Of a stretch of 64,000 nucleotides of DNA, positions 60,626 through 64,000 are shown piece by piece. The notes under the pieces are model-generated. The model worked only from the letters and a program-made list of their open reading frames with translations, was not told where the DNA came from and searched no databases. The position numbers and the translations under genes are program-made. The number at the start of each line of letters is the position of its first letter. Within the stretch, counting starts at the first letter, position 1. The DNA comes from Nitrosopumilus sp. (GTDB lineage: Archaea; Thermoproteota; Nitrososphaeria; Nitrososphaerales; Nitrosopumilaceae): NCBI GenBank assembly GCA_963667665.2, contig OY763927.2, positions 1,504,001 to 1,568,000 on the forward strand, read 5' to 3'.

Positions 60626-61777
60626 ATGAATTTAGTATCAAAAGATATTTCAGATGATTTTCCTAATTCAGATAAAATCTATCTAAATAGTGCTTCAGTC
60701 TCTTTGATGCCTTCTCAAAGTATCGAAGCCATGAAAGAGTTTCTAATCTCATATAATTCAATTGGTCCTGATTCAAAAGATTCAGAGCTATTTGTTACGG
60801 AAAAACTACAAAATGTAAGAAAAATAATTGCAAAAATTATCTTCTGTCAACCAAATGAAGTTGTTCTTACTCAAAGTACAACTGATGGAATCAATATTGT
60901 GGCAAATGGTTTATCTTTTGATACTAATTCCAATATCATAATTCGTGGAATGACACATGAACATCATTCAAACTTTTATCCTTGGATAAAATTAAAAGAT
61001 AAAATTTCAATAAAAAATCTTCCTATAGATAAAAATGGTTTTTTCAAATTAGATGATCTAGAATCTCATATTGATGATAATACAAAACTAGTATCTCTCA
61101 GTCATGCTCTGTATAATACTGGCTCAATATTACCTGTCGAAGAAATTGGAAATATTCTTCAAGATAAAGTTCCATTCTTTATTGATAGTGCACAGACTGT
61201 AGGTTGTATAGGTGACATTGATGTATCAAAAATAAAATGTGATTTTATGTCATTTAATGGCTCTAAATGGCTTTGCGGTCCAATGGGCACCGGTTTGTTT
61301 TATTGTAATAGAAAATCAAGTGACTTGTTAGAACCAATGACAATTGGTGGTGAATCTGCAATAATTTATGATGATTCAAATCTTGCTTTCAAAGAACTAC
61401 CAGACAAATTTCAAACTGGTTTTAGAAATTATGTTGGAATAGTTGGATTGGAATCATCTGTTAAATACTTGCTAAACTTTGGTTTGAAAAATATCCATGA
61501 CAAAAATCAATACTTGTCAAATCTTTTCAGAGAAGAATTATCAAAAATCCCAAATATTATTTTGTACGGACCAGATGATCCAAATGTTAGAACCAGTATT
61601 GTATCTTTTAATATTGATGGTTTTGATCCACAAGAAATTGTAGATAAACTTGAAAAACAAGGTATTGTTTTGGCAGTAAGAGAAATTATGGAGAAGAAAA
61701 TTGTACGAGCATCTCCTCACTTTTTTAATACTGAATCAGAAATTCTTCAGGTAATTGATGCAATAAAAAAACTATAG
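60626..61777 (+). CDS. class V PLP aminotransferase / cysteine desulfurase-like
   Basis: YLNSAS, STTDG, EHHSN, DSAQ, GSKWLCGP, RASPH. Confidence 0.88.
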   Translation: MNLVSKDISDDFPNSDKIYLNSASVSLMPSQSIEAMKEFLISYNSIGPDSKDSELFVTEKLQNVRKIIAKIIFCQPNEVVLTQSTTDGINIVANGLSFDTNSNIIIRGMTHEHHSNFYPWIKLKDKISIKNLPIDKNGFFKLDDLESHIDDNTKLVSLSHALYNTGSILPVEEIGNILQDKVPFFIDSAQTVGCIGDIDVSKIKCDFMSFNGSKWLCGPMGTGLFYCNRKSSDLLEPMTIGGESAIIYDDSNLAFKELPDKFQTGFRNYVGIVGLESSVKYLLNFGLKNIHDKNQYLSNLFREELSKIPNIILYGPDDPNVRTSIVSFNIDGFDPQEIVDKLEKQGIVLAVREIMEKKIVRASPHFFNTESEILQVIDAIKKL

Positions 61778-62029
61778 ATTTTCTTGCTCATCTATTACCA
61801 TCATAGTTAACGTTGATTGAACTTTACTGATTTTTCTAATTTTATTGGTGATAATTGCACGTAATTTCTCAGCATCATCAGATGATAATTTTAAGACAAT
61901 GTCATACACTCCATAAACTCCTTGAACTTCAGATGTAACGTCTTCCTCTGCAAGAATCTGCTTTACTTCATTAATGATTGACTCATCTGATCCTAAATCC
62001 GAATTCAATAGAACATACGCAGTAGGCAC
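61772..62029 (-). CDS. Lrp/AsnC ligand-binding (RAM) domain protein
   Basis: AYVLLN, VYGVYDIV, IRKISKVQSTLT. Confidence 0.88.
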   Translation of the reverse strand: MPTAYVLLNSDLGSDESIINEVKQILAEEDVTSEVQGVYGVYDIVLKLSSDDAEKLRAIITNKIRKISKVQSTLTMMVIDEQENL

Positions 62030-62104
62030 ACGAAATTTTTCATCAAACAGTATTTAACCTTTCATAATTCAAAAACTGATTAATCACTATCAAGATCTGT
62101 TGGT

Positions 62105-62746
62105 GTGGAACTAATAGATCTAACACTTACAATATCAAAATCTATTCCAAGCTTTCCTGGTTCTCCAAAACCTCAATTCATTTCTTGGTCTGATCTAAAA
62201 GACGATGGATATAATCTTGAATTGTTATTCTTAAGTTCGCACACTGGAACCCATCTTGATGCACCATATCATTTTGTTAAAAATGGTCTCAAAATCAACC
62301 AAATTCCTCTTGATAGGCTCATAGGAAAAGCTACAATAATTAAACTCAAAAAAAACAAGAATTCTGCTATAACTAAATTAGATATTACTTTATTTGAAAA
62401 AAAGAATGGAAAGATTTTCAACCATTCCTCTATTTTCTTCTTTACTGGATGGCAAAAAAATTTGAAAAAAGATAACTATTTCACAGAAAATCCAGGATTG
62501 GCCATATCCGCAGCTAAATATCTTGTATCAAAAAATATCAATCTGATTGGAATAGATTCACCAAGCATAGATCTTGGAAAAGATGAATCATTCAACGTTC
62601 ACCATATTTTATCAAAAAACAATATTTTGATTGTTGAGAATTTAACAAACTTGAATAAAATTTTATCCAAGGAATTTAATTTTACAATTCTTCCACTAAA
62701 GCTTAAAGATGCTACAGGCTCACCTGTAAGAGCAATAGCCTCATAA
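62105..62746 (+). CDS. cyclase family (kynurenine formamidase-like) hydrolase
   Basis: HTGTHLDAPYH, GIDSPS, VENL, GSPVRA. Confidence 0.9.
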   Translation: MELIDLTLTISKSIPSFPGSPKPQFISWSDLKDDGYNLELLFLSSHTGTHLDAPYHFVKNGLKINQIPLDRLIGKATIIKLKKNKNSAITKLDITLFEKKNGKIFNHSSIFFFTGWQKNLKKDNYFTENPGLAISAAKYLVSKNINLIGIDSPSIDLGKDESFNVHHILSKNNILIVENLTNLNKILSKEFNFTILPLKLKDATGSPVRAIAS

Positions 62747-62801
62747 TTTACTCACACACAATTCCGTAATGCTAAAAATATAGAAAATATTAACATCCTT
62801 C

Positions 62802-63296
62802 ATGAGCAAACCTGGAAATATTTGGAGAAAGGTTCATGGTAAAATTACAAAAAAACCAACTAACTTCTCATGGTTGATTGAAGAAAAATTAGCTGGTTCT
62901 GGAATGCCAACAAGTTTTGATGAATTTGATTGGCTTCTAAATCAAGGAGTAAAATCAATTGTGACTATGACTGAGAACGCTTTACCTGATGACTGGATAA
63001 AAAATATTAATTATCTACACGTACCTACTCCTGATCTTACAGCTCCTGACATGGATAAAATAGATTCAGCAGTAGATTTCATTCATGAACAAATCAAAAA
63101 CGATCAAGCAGTAATGGTTCACTGTGCTGCTGGAATGGGAAGAGCAGGAACAATTCTTGCATGCTATTACATAAAATACAAAAAATTTTCAACAGATGAA
63201 GCAATTAAAAAAATTAGAGATGAAAGACCTGGCTCTATACAATCTGAAGTACAAGAGCTAGCTATTGGTTTTTATGAAAAACATATAAAAAATTAG
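62802..63296 (+). CDS. dual-specificity protein phosphatase
   Basis: VHCAAGMGRAG (CX5R), RPGSIQ. Confidence 0.92.
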   Translation: MSKPGNIWRKVHGKITKKPTNFSWLIEEKLAGSGMPTSFDEFDWLLNQGVKSIVTMTENALPDDWIKNINYLHVPTPDLTAPDMDKIDSAVDFIHEQIKNDQAVMVHCAAGMGRAGTILACYYIKYKKFSTDEAIKKIRDERPGSIQSEVQELAIGFYEKHIKN

Positions 63297-63297
63297 T

Positions 63298-63444
63298 TTA
63301 GACAAATTCTGAAACTAGTTTTCCATCAACAACTTTGATCTTCAAAGTTTTGTTATCTTGAAAGATCAAAGTTACTCCACCTTCTGAATCAGGATCTTCT
63401 ACTTTTACAAGTTCTACCATTCTAATTGAATCATATTTTCCCAT
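63298..63444 (-). CDS. 48-aa microprotein, paralogue of the upstream ORF; missing from the ORF track
   Basis: MGKYDSIRMVELVKVEDPDSEGGVTLIFQDNKTLKIKVVDGKLVSEFV. Confidence 0.75.
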   Translation of the reverse strand: MGKYDSIRMVELVKVEDPDSEGGVTLIFQDNKTLKIKVVDGKLVSEFV

Positions 63445-63454
63445 TCTTATTCAC

Positions 63455-63607
63455 CTATTCTGGAATTGATACCGTATCAATTTTTCCATCAACTACTTTT
63501 ACAAACAAAAACCTGTTGTCTTTAATAATAAAGGTAATTCCACCTTCTTTATCAGGTTCTTCTACTTCAAGTATTGGTTGTCCTAATAGTCCGTCGTATT
63601 TTGCCAT
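63455..63607 (-). CDS. 50-aa microprotein; missing from the ORF track
   Basis: MAKYDGLLGQPILEVEEPDKEGGITFIIKDNRFLFVKVVDGKIDTVSIPE. Confidence 0.75.
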   Translation of the reverse strand: MAKYDGLLGQPILEVEEPDKEGGITFIIKDNRFLFVKVVDGKIDTVSIPE

Positions 63608-63637
63608 GTTAATTCATTCAAAAAGTTCCTTATATCC

Positions 63638-64000
63638 CTAATTGATTGTGATTTCAATTTCGCTGGAATTATTTTTGACACTGCCTGGCTTTGTAAAGTC
63701 ATGCTTTTGCCATGATGCAAATGCTTCAGCCCCAATTTTGTGTTTACCTTTTCCTAAATCTGATGCTTTGAACACAAATTTTTCATCAAAGTCAAAAAGT
63801 TCCTGTCTTACTTCTTCTTCTGAGAGTCTGATAAATGGCTCAAAGTTTTTAGCTATCTGAACCCAGACTCTTTTGTCTTTATTTGGATTGACCAGTTTTG
63901 GATTTCTCGTCCAAAAAATTGATGCCTTTCTGTAGGTGTCAACAGTCCTTCCTAATTCCTTCTTTCTGAATCCACCTGATGTCAATTTTACACCATATTT
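63638..64000 (-). CDS. hypothetical protein, probably 5'-truncated by the window edge
   Basis: Reading frame stays open to the window end upstream of the TTG at 63985. Confidence 0.65.
   Translation of the reverse strand, partial: KYGVKLTSGGFRKKELGRTVDTYRKASIFWTRNPKLVNPNKDKRVWVQIAKNFEPFIRLSEEEVRQELFDFDEKFVFKASDLGKGKHKIGAEAFASWQKHDFTKPGSVKNNSSEIEITIN

Noticed and set aside
63426-63860. Two + strand ORFs from the track
   Set aside because: Antisense to better-supported minus-strand genes

Overview
AT-rich archaeal chromosome segment. Gene content and order (ESCRT-III/CdvB, two TFBs, PolD DP1 and DP2, Cdc6, GGGP synthase, thermosome, a CFI-box-CTERM protein) point to a Nitrosopumilus-like ammonia-oxidising thaumarchaeote; this is inference, no database search was run. 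Most of the window is core housekeeping genes. Highlights: (1) the probable replication origin upstream of cdc6 (~33.3-33.8 kb) with ORB repeats and an AT-rich element. It is flanked by four small DNA-binding-protein genes, one of them a membrane-anchored wHTH, and by two strongly enriched motif arrays (GTTAACA; ATCAC/GTGAT), which suggests an undescribed origin-tethering or segregation module. (2) A GC-rich, highly structured ~135-nt candidate ncRNA at ~6.65-6.79 kb with its own promoter and terminator. (3) A ~5.3-kb degraded integrated element (15.5-20.8 kb) with a truncated integrase-like gene, a wHTH plus YwgA/SocA-like pair, and a DprA plus PRTase (ShosTA-like) putative defence pair. (4) Several lesions: a crcB pseudogene, a frameshifted Ser/Thr/Pro-repeat protein and an island ORF with a premature stop. 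tRNA-Pro(GGG) and four small genes missing from the ORF track were also found.
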